A DNA stretch of 64,000 nucleotides from Candidatus Bathyarchaeota archaeon (GTDB lineage Archaea; Thermoproteota; Bathyarchaeia; TCS64), in contig CAVYLP010000006.1 of the NCBI GenBank assembly GCA_963769425.1, forward strand, positions 864,001-928,000, given 5' to 3'. The notes beneath the pieces are model-generated. The model was given only the letters and a program-made list of their open reading frames with translations. It ran no database searches and was not told the origin of the DNA. Both the position numbers and the translations under genes were made by a program. Below, piece after piece: positions 38,648 through 48,884 of this stretch. Position 1 is the stretch's first letter, and every line of letters starts with the position of its first letter.

Positions 38648-40144
38648 TTATGCAACCTTGAAGATTACTCCACCCCGCCTCGTCCTGTTAGGTAGCACCA
38701 GTGTCTGGGGCTCCCTCTCCCCGAGCACCTCCGTCGCCTTAGCCCACGCCGAATCAAAGTCCCTCGCAGGCACCATCCCCACGGAGCGGGCTGCCTTCGG
38801 GTTCAGCGCCCCGGCGCATATCACGGTGTAGTTGTCGAGGGCCCACTGGGCGTTGTAGAACATCCAGAAGGGATGCAGGGGGTGAAAAGCCCTCGCATGC
38901 CTGTACCGGAAGATGTAGTCGTCTCGGTGCAGGAACTCGTCCTCGAAATCCACCATCTCCGCGGCGTTCTGGCCAACCTTATTGAATACCTTGATGACCT
39001 CCTCATCCGACTGGCGAGCCTCCGATATCCTCCCATCGCAGGGAGCAGCAACTATGAAGACCCCACCAGGCCTGAGGAACGGTTTCCCGATGTAGTCCTT
39101 CAGCGGGTGTGAGCTCACCTGGGAGGCCAGGATGGCCAGAGGGTTGTTAGAGGTGTCGTAGGTCGTCTGCGGGCCACACCCGGCCACCACGACATCCACC
39201 TCAGAGGGGAGCTCCACAATCCTCTCCTTATCCAGCACCCTCCACATTGGCTCCTGGATCTCCCGGTAGTGACCGGCCCTGAAGATGCTCCACCTCGAGT
39301 TGACGTTCCCGAAGCCATCCAGGTTGAATATCGGCTTCCCGGTCGCCTCCTCAATCCGATCCTGAATCGCGTGTTTATGCTCCCTGTAGAGGTTATCCCT
39401 CGGCGAGCAGTGAGTAGACCTAGGGTCGGCTATTATCGAGTAGGTGTGAGTCGAGCCAATCGCCTTCGCGCTCCCAAGCCCAACCGTCAAACCACTGCTC
39501 CCACCATACCCACCATAGGTGCCCAGGGGGGCGAAGCAGCCGCCGAGGAAAATCACGAGGTCTGAGTCCTGAACACACCTGTTATACTCAACGTAGTCGC
39601 CTAGCTTCGAGTACCCGAGAAAGACCAACTCGTCCGGGTCGGAGCAGTCCGGGTTCTTGATCCCCCTAGGATAAACGGTACCTGGTGGCCAGAACTTGTT
39701 CACAACATCAGCCGCAAGCATCGAAGCTGCCCCGCCAGATCGATTGGGATGAGCAGCCCAGGGAGCATCGGGGCCAGTGGGGGGCAGCAACTCTTTCCTC
39801 CCCAGCTTCGGGTAGCAGCCGAGCCCAGGCATGAAGGTGATATCCGAGTCCTCGACCCCCGCCCTGTGAAGTTCCTCAAGAACCACAGGCGCGCTGACGG
39901 AGCCGTGACCTTGGTGTGTATGGAACCCTATGGTGACCTTGCTTCCCTTCCTGACGATGTCAGATATCCTATCCATTCCCAGGGGGTTCTCCAGTGCTCG
40001 CTTGACTGCCTCGGAGGGGTCAGGCAGCTCGGGAGTCACCTGCTCCGATGGAATGTTCTCGAAAACGATCGCTGATTCTGGCACATGGACCTCCCAACTC
40101 AAGTCGCCGTACTCTATCCCGTGAACAACCTTCATCTCGACCAT
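38648..40144 (-). CDS. LarA/lactate-racemase-domain (DUF2088-like) protein
   Basis: AVKRALENPLGM..L..G.KVTI; YGGYGG; FHPLHPF; similar to the LarA-like family. Confidence 0.7.
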   Translation of the reverse strand: MVEMKVVHGIEYGDLSWEVHVPESAIVFENIPSEQVTPELPDPSEAVKRALENPLGMDRISDIVRKGSKVTIGFHTHQGHGSVSAPVVLEELHRAGVEDSDITFMPGLGCYPKLGRKELLPPTGPDAPWAAHPNRSGGAASMLAADVVNKFWPPGTVYPRGIKNPDCSDPDELVFLGYSKLGDYVEYNRCVQDSDLVIFLGGCFAPLGTYGGYGGSSGLTVGLGSAKAIGSTHTYSIIADPRSTHCSPRDNLYREHKHAIQDRIEEATGKPIFNLDGFGNVNSRWSIFRAGHYREIQEPMWRVLDKERIVELPSEVDVVVAGCGPQTTYDTSNNPLAILASQVSSHPLKDYIGKPFLRPGGVFIVAAPCDGRISEARQSDEEVIKVFNKVGQNAAEMVDFEDEFLHRDDYIFRYRHARAFHPLHPFWMFYNAQWALDNYTVICAGALNPKAARSVGMVPARDFDSAWAKATEVLGEREPQTLVLPNRTRRGGVIFKVA

Positions 40145-40254
40145 CCGAGTGTCTCCTTAAGTTTTAGCGTTGATTTGGCCTGATGTTATAAGCTTATGCA
40201 TGTACGCACGAAGCGCGTGCAACCATGGTCATTTTGACACAGATCTACGTGTAT

Positions 40255-40416
40255 TCATCGAGATTAACAGATTTTTCGAGACTAGAGTCGAGGTTAAGAA
40301 TTAGGGACGGGGAGCATCAGACTCTTGAGACTCTGATCAACGAGGAAGCTCAACTATTTGCCAAGTATCTGCGAGGCGAGATCAAGAGCTGGACTCCGAG
40401 AATAGCCTTAATCTAA
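40255..40416 (+). pseudogene. cas1: Probable C-terminal remnant of a stand-alone (casposon-type) Cas1
   Basis: Across a frameshift reads INRFFETRVEV / RIRDGEHQTLETLINEEAQLFAKYLRGEIKSWTPRI, which I recall as the C-terminus of archaeal Cas1-solo proteins; not database-checked. Confidence 0.55.
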
Positions 40417-40514
40417 ATTGCTCACCCACGCATGCTTGATCAAGGATTGAGCCCAATTTAGCCCTAGCGTACATATGCAATCTTATCTCCAGCGACGCCC
40501 CAAGCAACTCTTGT

Positions 40515-41108
40515 ATGGTGCTACGTCGACTCCTCAACAGAAAAAGAGACCCGCGACTACCCCCAGGCCAACACGAGACAAAGAACTTCCCCATACTCCA
40601 GCATGGACACGTACCAAAGATCGATAAAGCGACCTGGAGCCTCAAAGTAGGCGGCTCAGTGGAGAACCCGGTGAACTGGACCTGGGACCAGCTCCAGACC
40701 CTACCCATGACGGAATTGAGGACGGACATACACTGCGTGACCAGCTGGAGCAAATTCGACACCAACTGGAGGGGAGTCGCGTTGGACGACATCATTGAGA
40801 GGGTGAAGCCGAAGCCGACGGCGAAGGTCCTCTTCGCCCGGTGCTACGACGACTACTCCACCAATGTTCCCGTCGAGGATGTGAGGGGCGGTCAGGCGAT
40901 GGTGGCTCTGCGGTATGAGGGGTCTGACATTGAGGGGAGACACGGTGGTCCCGCTAGGCTGCTTGTGCCTCATCTCTACTTCTGGAAGAGTGCGAAGTGG
41001 CTGAGGGAGCTGGTGTTCCTGGACTTTGACGATCAGGGGTTCTGGGAGACTAAGGGTTACCATAACTATGGGGATCCGTGGAAGGAGCAGAGATACAGAA
41101 CCTCTTAA
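40515..41108 (+). CDS. Sulfite-oxidase-like molybdopterin-dependent oxidoreductase (MsrP/YuiH-like)
   Basis: RLPPGQ, DIHCVTSWSK, HGGPARLLVPHLYFWKSAKW, GFWE..GYH. Confidence 0.92.
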   Translation: MVLRRLLNRKRDPRLPPGQHETKNFPILQHGHVPKIDKATWSLKVGGSVENPVNWTWDQLQTLPMTELRTDIHCVTSWSKFDTNWRGVALDDIIERVKPKPTAKVLFARCYDDYSTNVPVEDVRGGQAMVALRYEGSDIEGRHGGPARLLVPHLYFWKSAKWLRELVFLDFDDQGFWETKGYHNYGDPWKEQRYRTS

Positions 41109-41310
41109 CGATGCGCGCTCATGAATGCACACGCGTAGTTGAGTGGGTTTGGGTTTGGGGCCATAGTCATATCTTCACTTCCACCTGATACTAAGCAGTG
41201 ATTGATTAATTAACGACTAGCGTATGCCCGCACACCCCATTTTTTAGCCACCACTTAAATGTAATTTATTTTCAGATAATATTATATGTTAGATAACAGT
41301 TAAAGATTTA

Positions 41311-42174
41311 GTGAAATTAATGATTGAAAGTAATGGACGTATTAGCTTTGGAGAGGTGGATGAGACTTGGGGGAAGTATGATCTAAATCAGATGCAGATT
41401 CGATTTAACGACTCTGACACTGGTTACAAGGCGATTGTACATCAGGGGGAGATGGTGTCAATCGTTCGCAGGGGCTATGAGCTTCTGCCGAATGAGGAGG
41501 CGGTCAGCATCGCGGACCAGGCTGCTGATCTGGCTGGTCTCGTTCCCTTTGATGAGTTCACTGGTGATTGGTTCGTCAGGATGAAGGATCACGTCATCTA
41601 TGATAGGGCTGCCCACAGGGTTCACGCTCTCTACGCTTTGAACCAGGACTACGACGTTAATGGGGATAAGATGCACATCGGGGTCGGGGTGCATAACAGC
41701 ATAGATGGGTCGCTTGGTTTCGGCTGCGGGATCTTCACTTTCAGGACGGCCTGCGCCAACATGGTCTTCGCGGGATTGCCTGGGTACAGCCAGAGTTTCG
41801 ACCAGAGGAGGACCCTCGAGCACGTCTACAAGAGACACACAGCTGGTCTAAGACCACTTCTCGATGACATGGGTAATGTGATATTAAGGGTCATGGAGAG
41901 GGCGGGTGACGTGCTAGACTCTTACAGGAGAATGGCCGATGAGAAGGTGACAAACGAATTAATTGATAGGATTCTGAACAGTCGGCTCAGCCGGAAGACT
42001 CTCCCAGACTATCTAACTGAGGAGGATGCGACGATCCCTGATCTGTCCAAGTGGCAGCTCTACAACGATGTGACGGAGCTCATCTGGCACAACCAGAAAT
42101 CGGGGCTGAAGACGAAGACGTTTCAGTTCAAGACCCTTCACAGCTTGATACCACTCAAGGTGATTGCAACTTGA
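41311..42174 (+). CDS. DUF932-family (phage/plasmid-like) protein
   Basis: YELLPNEEA, VHNSIDGS..FRTACANM, C-terminal KWQLYNDVTE. Confidence 0.75.
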   Translation: MKLMIESNGRISFGEVDETWGKYDLNQMQIRFNDSDTGYKAIVHQGEMVSIVRRGYELLPNEEAVSIADQAADLAGLVPFDEFTGDWFVRMKDHVIYDRAAHRVHALYALNQDYDVNGDKMHIGVGVHNSIDGSLGFGCGIFTFRTACANMVFAGLPGYSQSFDQRRTLEHVYKRHTAGLRPLLDDMGNVILRVMERAGDVLDSYRRMADEKVTNELIDRILNSRLSRKTLPDYLTEEDATIPDLSKWQLYNDVTELIWHNQKSGLKTKTFQFKTLHSLIPLKVIAT

Positions 42175-42380
42175 CCCTCCAGGAATCGAAAGCTGAGGAA
42201 AGGCTGATCAAGTCATGCGCGTCCTGCGGTCACGTTAGGGTATGTGCAGTATTCAGGGCAGTCTCGCCTCTCCTATCTCAGAGCTGGGATGATAGCACCA
42301 GGCCAATTGAGCCCGATTGCCTCGCGATTATTTGCAGGGAGTTCGTCTCCGCTTCCGCACTTCAAATTCTAAATGAATGA
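42171..42380 (+). CDS. Small Cys-containing protein, translationally coupled to DUF932
   Basis: TTGA start/stop overlap; MTLQESK..KSCASCGHVRVC..C..C. Confidence 0.65.
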   Translation: MTLQESKAEERLIKSCASCGHVRVCAVFRAVSPLLSQSWDDSTRPIEPDCLAIICREFVSASALQILNE

Positions 42381-42467
42381 TATAATGAGATTTACTAGAT
42401 CGAGGGATTCCGAACCCTCAAATTTCAGATATATTGTAAATCAAATATTATATAAAAAATCATAAAT

Positions 42468-45263
42468 TCAGTTACGAGAATTAGATATAAATACAGCATA
42501 TCTGAAGGCTTCTTCGTTAAGATGTGATATTATATCTTTCTCTATGTATCTAAATAAACGAGATGGATTATAGGTAAGGAAAAAGTTTATAGCCATTTCC
42601 TTTAATACAGCAGACAGTTTATTTGTATACAACTTCTCTAGATCAGAACTTTTATTCGCCTTTATTTCTGCGATTATCTGTTGATTATTTACTACAACTT
42701 GCACATATTGTTCAAAGAGATTTATCTCATTACCGCTTAAAGCCATCTCATAATGAACGTTAACAGCGTCAATAACCTCGGGGATTGTTGTGTATATTGG
42801 GGCTCTTCTACCCATTCTGTGTAATATTAAGGGACGGAGGGGCTCGGGTTCCTTTTTCTCTGGTCGAATGACGTGTGATACTATGTAGACTTTCTTTAAT
42901 TCTTCGTCTAATTTTCCGCCTTTTCCAAATGGGTCTATGAATTTGGCGAGGTAATTTGTGAAAAGTGCAAAATCCCTTAATTCAATTGAAGTTATTCTAA
43001 ATAAATTATCCATGTACTTGAAAGTGTTATTAAAACGGTTTAGGAGAGATTTGAAGCTTCTAAATTCTAAAATGGGCAATCTCACGATATTTTTTGCGAC
43101 TTGATTTAGAACAATGGTGGTAGCAGCTGGGTTCGATTCTTGAAGAACTGCGTTTTTAAAATCGTCTACATCGAGCATTGTGAAGAGTGCGAAGGAGAGA
43201 AGTTCATTCTGTAAGTTAGGGAGGTCGTGAACATCGATTCCTGAGAAGTCGTCTACTGCCCCCTTGAATTTTCTAAAAGCGGCTATGATTTCTTTATAAG
43301 AATCGGTAAAATCAACGACTAAGGTGTCATTTTTTCCTACAAGGGTTCTGTTTAGTCTGCTAATAGTTTGGACCGCATTTATTCCACTAACAGATTTGTC
43401 TAGGAACATTGTGTGAAGGTAAGGTTGATTGAATCCATATTGGAATTTGTTAGCGACGACTATGAAACGATAACCGAGTTTGTCAAACTCGGTCTCAATC
43501 TTCTCCTCAATTTTATTCATATTTACTTCTGTATAGCTGATGCCGTCGTGTTTTACTGTCCCGGAAAAAGCAACTAACGACTTGTAATCGAGGTTTCGAG
43601 ACTTCAAAGCTTTATCCAAAATCAATTTGTATTTAACGGCAGAAAGTCGGCTGCTTGTTACTATCATCACTTTAGCTTGTCCATTTATCTTAGGCTTCGT
43701 GTTAGACTCGAATATTTTGAGAATGATGTCAACCTTTTCTTTGATTATTGCCTCATCTTCAAATGCTTTTGCCTTTAGCTTTTTCGATACTACTAACGGG
43801 GGATATTCTTCTTTGTTTTGGATTTCGTGGCTCAGTTTGTATAAAGTGCTGTATGTAATCACGTTTTCAACTACGTTTAGAATGTATCCTTCTGTTTCAG
43901 CTTGGTCCATACTATATGTGTCGAAAGGTTTTCCGAAAATCTCAAGAGTTTTATTACTTGGAGTCGCGGTGAGAGCAATAAACGCGACATTTGGATAGGT
44001 CCTAATTCCAATACCTTGAATAATTTCTTGTTGGTAATCTTGCTCCTCATCGAATTTATCCATCAGGTTTGAACGGTATTTGCCAGTTTGAGAGCGGTGT
44101 GCCTCATCAATGATTAGGCAAATTCTTTTTCCTTTTTGTGATTCGAGTAAGTCATTGAGTTTCTTAACCGAAAATTTTTGAATTGTTGTGATTATCACCT
44201 TGGTGTTCCGATTAAGTGAACTGGCTAATTCTGCTGTAGATTCAGCATGTTCGATAATACCGAATTGAGTTTCTGAAGATGTAATTGTACCCTGTATCTG
44301 ATTATCGAGGTTTAGCCTATCGGTAACTACTATAACTGAGTCAAATAAGTGAAGATTATCAACATGGGCGTTTCTAAGGAATTTCTGTAGAACTGCTATC
44401 GTGTAACTCTTGCCTGAGCCAGGTGAATGTTGGATTAGGTATTTTTTGTCTAATTCTTTTTTTTCTTTGAAGTGTTGATTTAAGTCCGACATCAAATTGA
44501 TGACGGTCCTTCTTTGATGGTATCTGGGGAAGAGGAATTTTCGATAGTTTCTTCCAGTCTTGTCTTTTTCCTCGTGACAGAAGAGATAATCTTCTATAAT
44601 ATCGATTAGGCTCTCTGGTCTAAAAATATCGTGATAAAGATAATCTACCGGATAATCATCAGGAATTAAGGGATTTGTATTCTCAATATCTTTATTGAAA
44701 TGAACAAAATCTTCTGTAGAATTTTCAACAAATTGAGTGGCTATTTTAGCTTTAATTGTATCAGCTGCTAGATGAAGGAAAGGCATTGAAAAGATAAGTT
44801 CTTTCTTATCCCGGCTAATATATTGGCTTACAGCATCATCGACATTTTGTCCTGTCTGCAGGTTTTTTAATTCGATTGTAATTATTGGCAAACCATTCAG
44901 AAATAAAACAATGTCAATTGACTCCATTGTTCCCGAAAAAGTAAACTGTCGAACGTAGCTGAAGATATTTGATTCATATCGTTTCAATTCCTCAGGATTA
45001 TGCGTTGTTTCAGGCTTATAATATACTAATTTAAATCGTCTACCCTTAATGTCGATGCCTTCTTGAATTAATTCGAATCCTTTCTTTGAAACAAGTTTTT
45101 TTCTTATCTCCTCTTTAATTGATGAGAGCCAAGTGTCACTCAGGTCTATTTTTAACTCATCAAGTTCTTCTGTTTGCGTTGTTTCTAAGAAGCGTGTTAG
45201 AATCTGGTCATCAACTAGATTGATTAAATCTATATCACTCGTTTCTCGTTTAAGGAAAACCAT
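42468..45263 (-). CDS. hsdR: Type I restriction endonuclease subunit R
   Basis: DIVLFLNGLPIITIELK nuclease motif, HSPGSGKS, IIDEAH, TATP, QTISRLNR. Confidence 0.93.
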   Translation of the reverse strand: MVFLKRETSDIDLINLVDDQILTRFLETTQTEELDELKIDLSDTWLSSIKEEIRKKLVSKKGFELIQEGIDIKGRRFKLVYYKPETTHNPEELKRYESNIFSYVRQFTFSGTMESIDIVLFLNGLPIITIELKNLQTGQNVDDAVSQYISRDKKELIFSMPFLHLAADTIKAKIATQFVENSTEDFVHFNKDIENTNPLIPDDYPVDYLYHDIFRPESLIDIIEDYLFCHEEKDKTGRNYRKFLFPRYHQRRTVINLMSDLNQHFKEKKELDKKYLIQHSPGSGKSYTIAVLQKFLRNAHVDNLHLFDSVIVVTDRLNLDNQIQGTITSSETQFGIIEHAESTAELASSLNRNTKVIITTIQKFSVKKLNDLLESQKGKRICLIIDEAHRSQTGKYRSNLMDKFDEEQDYQQEIIQGIGIRTYPNVAFIALTATPSNKTLEIFGKPFDTYSMDQAETEGYILNVVENVITYSTLYKLSHEIQNKEEYPPLVVSKKLKAKAFEDEAIIKEKVDIILKIFESNTKPKINGQAKVMIVTSSRLSAVKYKLILDKALKSRNLDYKSLVAFSGTVKHDGISYTEVNMNKIEEKIETEFDKLGYRFIVVANKFQYGFNQPYLHTMFLDKSVSGINAVQTISRLNRTLVGKNDTLVVDFTDSYKEIIAAFRKFKGAVDDFSGIDVHDLPNLQNELLSFALFTMLDVDDFKNAVLQESNPAATTIVLNQVAKNIVRLPILEFRSFKSLLNRFNNTFKYMDNLFRITSIELRDFALFTNYLAKFIDPFGKGGKLDEELKKVYIVSHVIRPEKKEPEPLRPLILHRMGRRAPIYTTIPEVIDAVNVHYEMALSGNEINLFEQYVQVVVNNQQIIAEIKANKSSDLEKLYTNKLSAVLKEMAINFFLTYNPSRLFRYIEKDIISHLNEEAFRYAVFISNSRN

Positions 45264-45341
45264 AGCAGAATTCTGGAAGGGCTTCTCAGCTCTGAACAGA
45301 AATGCGTCTCAAATTCTTTTTCAGAGGGTAATGGCATAGAT

Positions 45342-46658
45342 TCAACTCAGCCTAATCTTACCAGTTACAGCTTCATAAATCAAAGACTTTCGGTATTCTT
45401 CTAGCTTTATTATTTCTTCTTTTAAAATTCCTATTATTTTCCGAATTTTTTTCGTTTCTGAATCTAAAAAATTAGATATTTCTATCTGAATAGATTTTTT
45501 AGGAAAGGGAATTTTAAACTCTTTTATATTTCTACTTTGAAGTTCAATTTGATTAGTAGCACCTTGAGATAGATAATTTTCGATTAAATGTCGATATGGA
45601 AACAAAAAGTAATAAATATATCTCGGTTCAAATCTTTTAAATTCGTCTCGTATTATAGTAATATGTGTATCTGCAAGATAACAGGAATCTTCTTCAAATA
45701 TATTTACTCTTCCCACTGTACCTGTACCTGTGGAAGTAATAAGTACATCATATTTTTTTAATATACCTTTAGAATCAGATATGTTCTTAATAATATTATG
45801 TTTAGCTTTTGAATAATCAATCAAATCATTATATATACAGGCTTGATTTAATACATTAATAAAAGTGTCTTCTTCAGAATAATCTGGCGTTTCCCCTCGT
45901 GATATAAATGAGGCTACTTCTTTCAAACGTTTTATTAAATAATGTTCTGGTATTTCGCCTATCCAATCAACTCCTGAGTTTATCATTTTTGACTCTTGTT
46001 CAATATTTCTTGTTACTGACCTCGATATAACTGATTTTTCGTACTCATATAGGAGTTCAATTTGATTATATTTGAAATCTATAATTTTTTGTAATTTTGA
46101 ATTTACTCTATCAAGATATAATATTATTTTTTTCTGTTCGTTTTCAGGTGGTTTGAGAAAGGGAATAACGCTTATCGCTTTTTGACCAACTGCGGGATAA
46201 CTTACTCCAACGCTGTTAGAGACCATATAACTCAAAAATAGATGAGAAATAACATAATAATATACAAATTTAGGTTCAATTCCACTCTTTGGAGATAATG
46301 TTGCAAACCCAGTAGAGACTATAAGATTTGGTTCAACCTTTCCGAAAAAAGCAATAGCTTGAAGATAAGGTCTAACTGTTGAAACAATTGTATCCCCATT
46401 TTTAATAATTCTTCTAGCTCTTGATGGAGCGTCTCGAAAGAATAACTCCACCGGTTCTTTTACTAGACCAGTTTGTTCTACTGCAGTTATATCCACATAT
46501 TTGATTGTGATATCTGGATTTGTATTTTCTGACAAACTCTCTGAATTTATATCAATAACTTCTTTAAGACGATTCAATTCCCAATTTTCTGGTATATCTC
46601 CAATCCATTCTATGCCAGAATATTTCATTTTAAATTTCATTCCTAATTTTGATTCCAT
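45342..46658 (-). CDS. hsdS: Type I R-M specificity subunit S
   Basis: Two TRDs flanked by SG.EWIG.IPE repeats; PPENEQ; KSLIYEAVTGK. Confidence 0.93.
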   Translation of the reverse strand: MESKLGMKFKMKYSGIEWIGDIPENWELNRLKEVIDINSESLSENTNPDITIKYVDITAVEQTGLVKEPVELFFRDAPSRARRIIKNGDTIVSTVRPYLQAIAFFGKVEPNLIVSTGFATLSPKSGIEPKFVYYYVISHLFLSYMVSNSVGVSYPAVGQKAISVIPFLKPPENEQKKIILYLDRVNSKLQKIIDFKYNQIELLYEYEKSVISRSVTRNIEQESKMINSGVDWIGEIPEHYLIKRLKEVASFISRGETPDYSEEDTFINVLNQACIYNDLIDYSKAKHNIIKNISDSKGILKKYDVLITSTGTGTVGRVNIFEEDSCYLADTHITIIRDEFKRFEPRYIYYFLFPYRHLIENYLSQGATNQIELQSRNIKEFKIPFPKKSIQIEISNFLDSETKKIRKIIGILKEEIIKLEEYRKSLIYEAVTGKIRLS

Positions 46659-48430
46659 TTTTCTAATCCCAGTTCTTTGAGAAGTTCCTGATTTTTATGT
46701 TCCAATTCAATAAATTCTTTTATAATTTCTTCAGTTTGTCTTAACGGTTGATACTTGTAAAAATATTGGGTAAAATTAATTTCATATCCAATTTCCTTTT
46801 GTAAAATTTTGTAAGGTTTTTCTATCTCTTTTTTTAGATAATCTTCGATGTTTTGTTTTAGAGGTACATATTCTTCATCTCTAGTCTCCTTTTCTTTATT
46901 GATTTTTATATCTTTTCCTCTAACCGTTTTTATAGTTGTTTCAAAAATCGGCTTTCCTCTTTCATCGAGTTCTCTTAATTCTAGATTAATTCGCGTATAT
47001 CCGAAGTCATTTGTATCAAAAATCTTAGATAACTCATTTTCATTAAAAGCGTGATAGATATTTGAAATTTTTATTATATGTTCTGATGATATTTCATTTC
47101 GTTTGTTACCTAGACTTTTCTTCATTTTCACAAAAAAATCAACTGCGTTTATTAGCTGCACTTTTCCTTTCCTTTCCTCTTCTTTAAGGTTACGAAGAAT
47201 CCAAATATATGTGGGTATTCCCGTGTTATAAAATAACTCAGGGGGTAAAGCAATAATTGCATCAAGCAGGTCATTTTCGAGTAGGTACTTCCTAAAATTA
47301 CTTTCTCCTGAACCTGCATCTCCTGTAAATAGAGGTGAAGCATTAAATACTATAGCTATCGAAGAACCGCCTTCACGAGGATGTTTCATTTTTGATAGCA
47401 TTTGCATTAGAAATAACGTGGAACCGTCCGATACTCGAGGAAGCATATCTTTATTGAATCTTCCTGTTGTATCTCTCTCAATTATTTGTTTGTCTTTTTT
47501 CCAATCTTTCCCAAAAGGTGGGTTCGATAACATATAGTCAAATTTTTCATCGGGTAATTGGTCATTTGTGAGAGTATTACCTTGCTTAATGTTCGTCATT
47601 CTTTCTCCTTTTAAAAGCATGTCAGAAGCGCAAATTGCGTAAGTTTCATCATTAATTTCTTGTCCATAAAGAACTATATTTGCTTCACATTTACTAAGAA
47701 TGTATTTTTTAGCCTCTGTTAGCATACCGCCAGTTCCACAAGCTGGATCGTAAATGCACTTCAACTCATTAGGCTTTATGGAGTCATCATTAATGACAAG
47801 TTCAACCATTAGTTTTATTATTTCTCTTGGTGTGAAATGCTGTCCTGCTTCCTCATTACTAGCCTCTGCAAATCTTCTAATAAGTTCTTCAAAAATATAA
47901 CCCATTTTTAAATTACTTACCACATTAGGTGAAAGGTCTAGGAGGGAATATTGCTTTACCAATTGATAGAGTAATTTATGCTTGTCCAAATCCGAAAGTT
48001 GTTCTTGTAGTTTAAAATTTTGCATTATTTCTTGGATGTTATTTGTATAACCATTAATATATGCTCGGAAATTGTCTTTTAATGCAGTTTCTTTTTCGGC
48101 TGATAGTTTTTTTAATGTAAACTCTGAAGTATTATCGAATTCAAGTGTTGCTGAAACCTTTTCGGATATTATTTTCGACCTTTCACTAGTACTCAATATA
48201 TCTAGTTGGGATTTATATTCTAAATATGCTTCCGCTCTTTTCTCAACAAGAACGCTGTCGATTCTTCGGAGAACAACAAAAGGAAGTATAATGTCTTGAT
48301 ATTGATGAGGTTTGTATGTATCTCTTAAAATTCTATCTGCAGACTCCCAAATAAACGCGACCTCGTTTGAGTTATTGATTTGTTCAGAAGTATTAAGGGG
48401 CCTGTTTTTTTTATTTTCAGAAACGGACAA
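46643..48430 (-). CDS. hsdM: Type I R-M N6-adenine methyltransferase subunit M
   Basis: AGQHFTPRE, YDPACGTGGML, SNPPF, FYNTGI. Confidence 0.95.
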   Translation of the reverse strand: MSVSENKKNRPLNTSEQINNSNEVAFIWESADRILRDTYKPHQYQDIILPFVVLRRIDSVLVEKRAEAYLEYKSQLDILSTSERSKIISEKVSATLEFDNTSEFTLKKLSAEKETALKDNFRAYINGYTNNIQEIMQNFKLQEQLSDLDKHKLLYQLVKQYSLLDLSPNVVSNLKMGYIFEELIRRFAEASNEEAGQHFTPREIIKLMVELVINDDSIKPNELKCIYDPACGTGGMLTEAKKYILSKCEANIVLYGQEINDETYAICASDMLLKGERMTNIKQGNTLTNDQLPDEKFDYMLSNPPFGKDWKKDKQIIERDTTGRFNKDMLPRVSDGSTLFLMQMLSKMKHPREGGSSIAIVFNASPLFTGDAGSGESNFRKYLLENDLLDAIIALPPELFYNTGIPTYIWILRNLKEEERKGKVQLINAVDFFVKMKKSLGNKRNEISSEHIIKISNIYHAFNENELSKIFDTNDFGYTRINLELRELDERGKPIFETTIKTVRGKDIKINKEKETRDEEYVPLKQNIEDYLKKEIEKPYKILQKEIGYEINFTQYFYKYQPLRQTEEIIKEFIELEHKNQELLKELGLEKWNQN

Positions 48431-48710
48431 GATTTCACCCTAGATATACTATCTTGTCTTTGGTTCTCAGACTTATTAAAAGTGTTATTGAATATCTCTA
48501 ATTCTCTAGAATCTATTAATCGTTGACTATCTAATTTTGATACCCTTTCGGTAAAAGAAAGATTAAGGAAGTTTCACATAGAATGCAGAGCATTATTGTA
48601 AATAGTAAAAAACCAATTAATATTAACCTGGTTTTATCTTTGACTAACAGAATAGTAAATTCAGCTGAACGACCAGTAAGTTATTTATCAATCTTGAGTA
48701 AGTAGAATTC

Positions 48711-48884
48711 ATGAAATGTCCTCGATGTGGAAAGGAAGCTACTGCCTCTGGTAAAAAATGGAAGTATGGGTCCTTTGATGTTGAAAAACATACATGCTCA
48801 TCGTGTAAGAAGTCATTTAATGTTTATCTGAAAAAAGGTAAAATTAGTCACACTGTGCCCAAACCCAAAATAGGAATCACATAA
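48711..48884 (+). CDS. Small CPxCG zinc-ribbon protein, 57 aa (not in ORF track)
   Basis: MKCPRCGKEATASGKKWKYGSFDVEKHTCSSCKKSFNVYLKKGKISHTVPK; TTATTTA promoter-like element about 25 bp upstream. Confidence 0.75.
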   Translation: MKCPRCGKEATASGKKWKYGSFDVEKHTCSSCKKSFNVYLKKGKISHTVPKPKIGIT

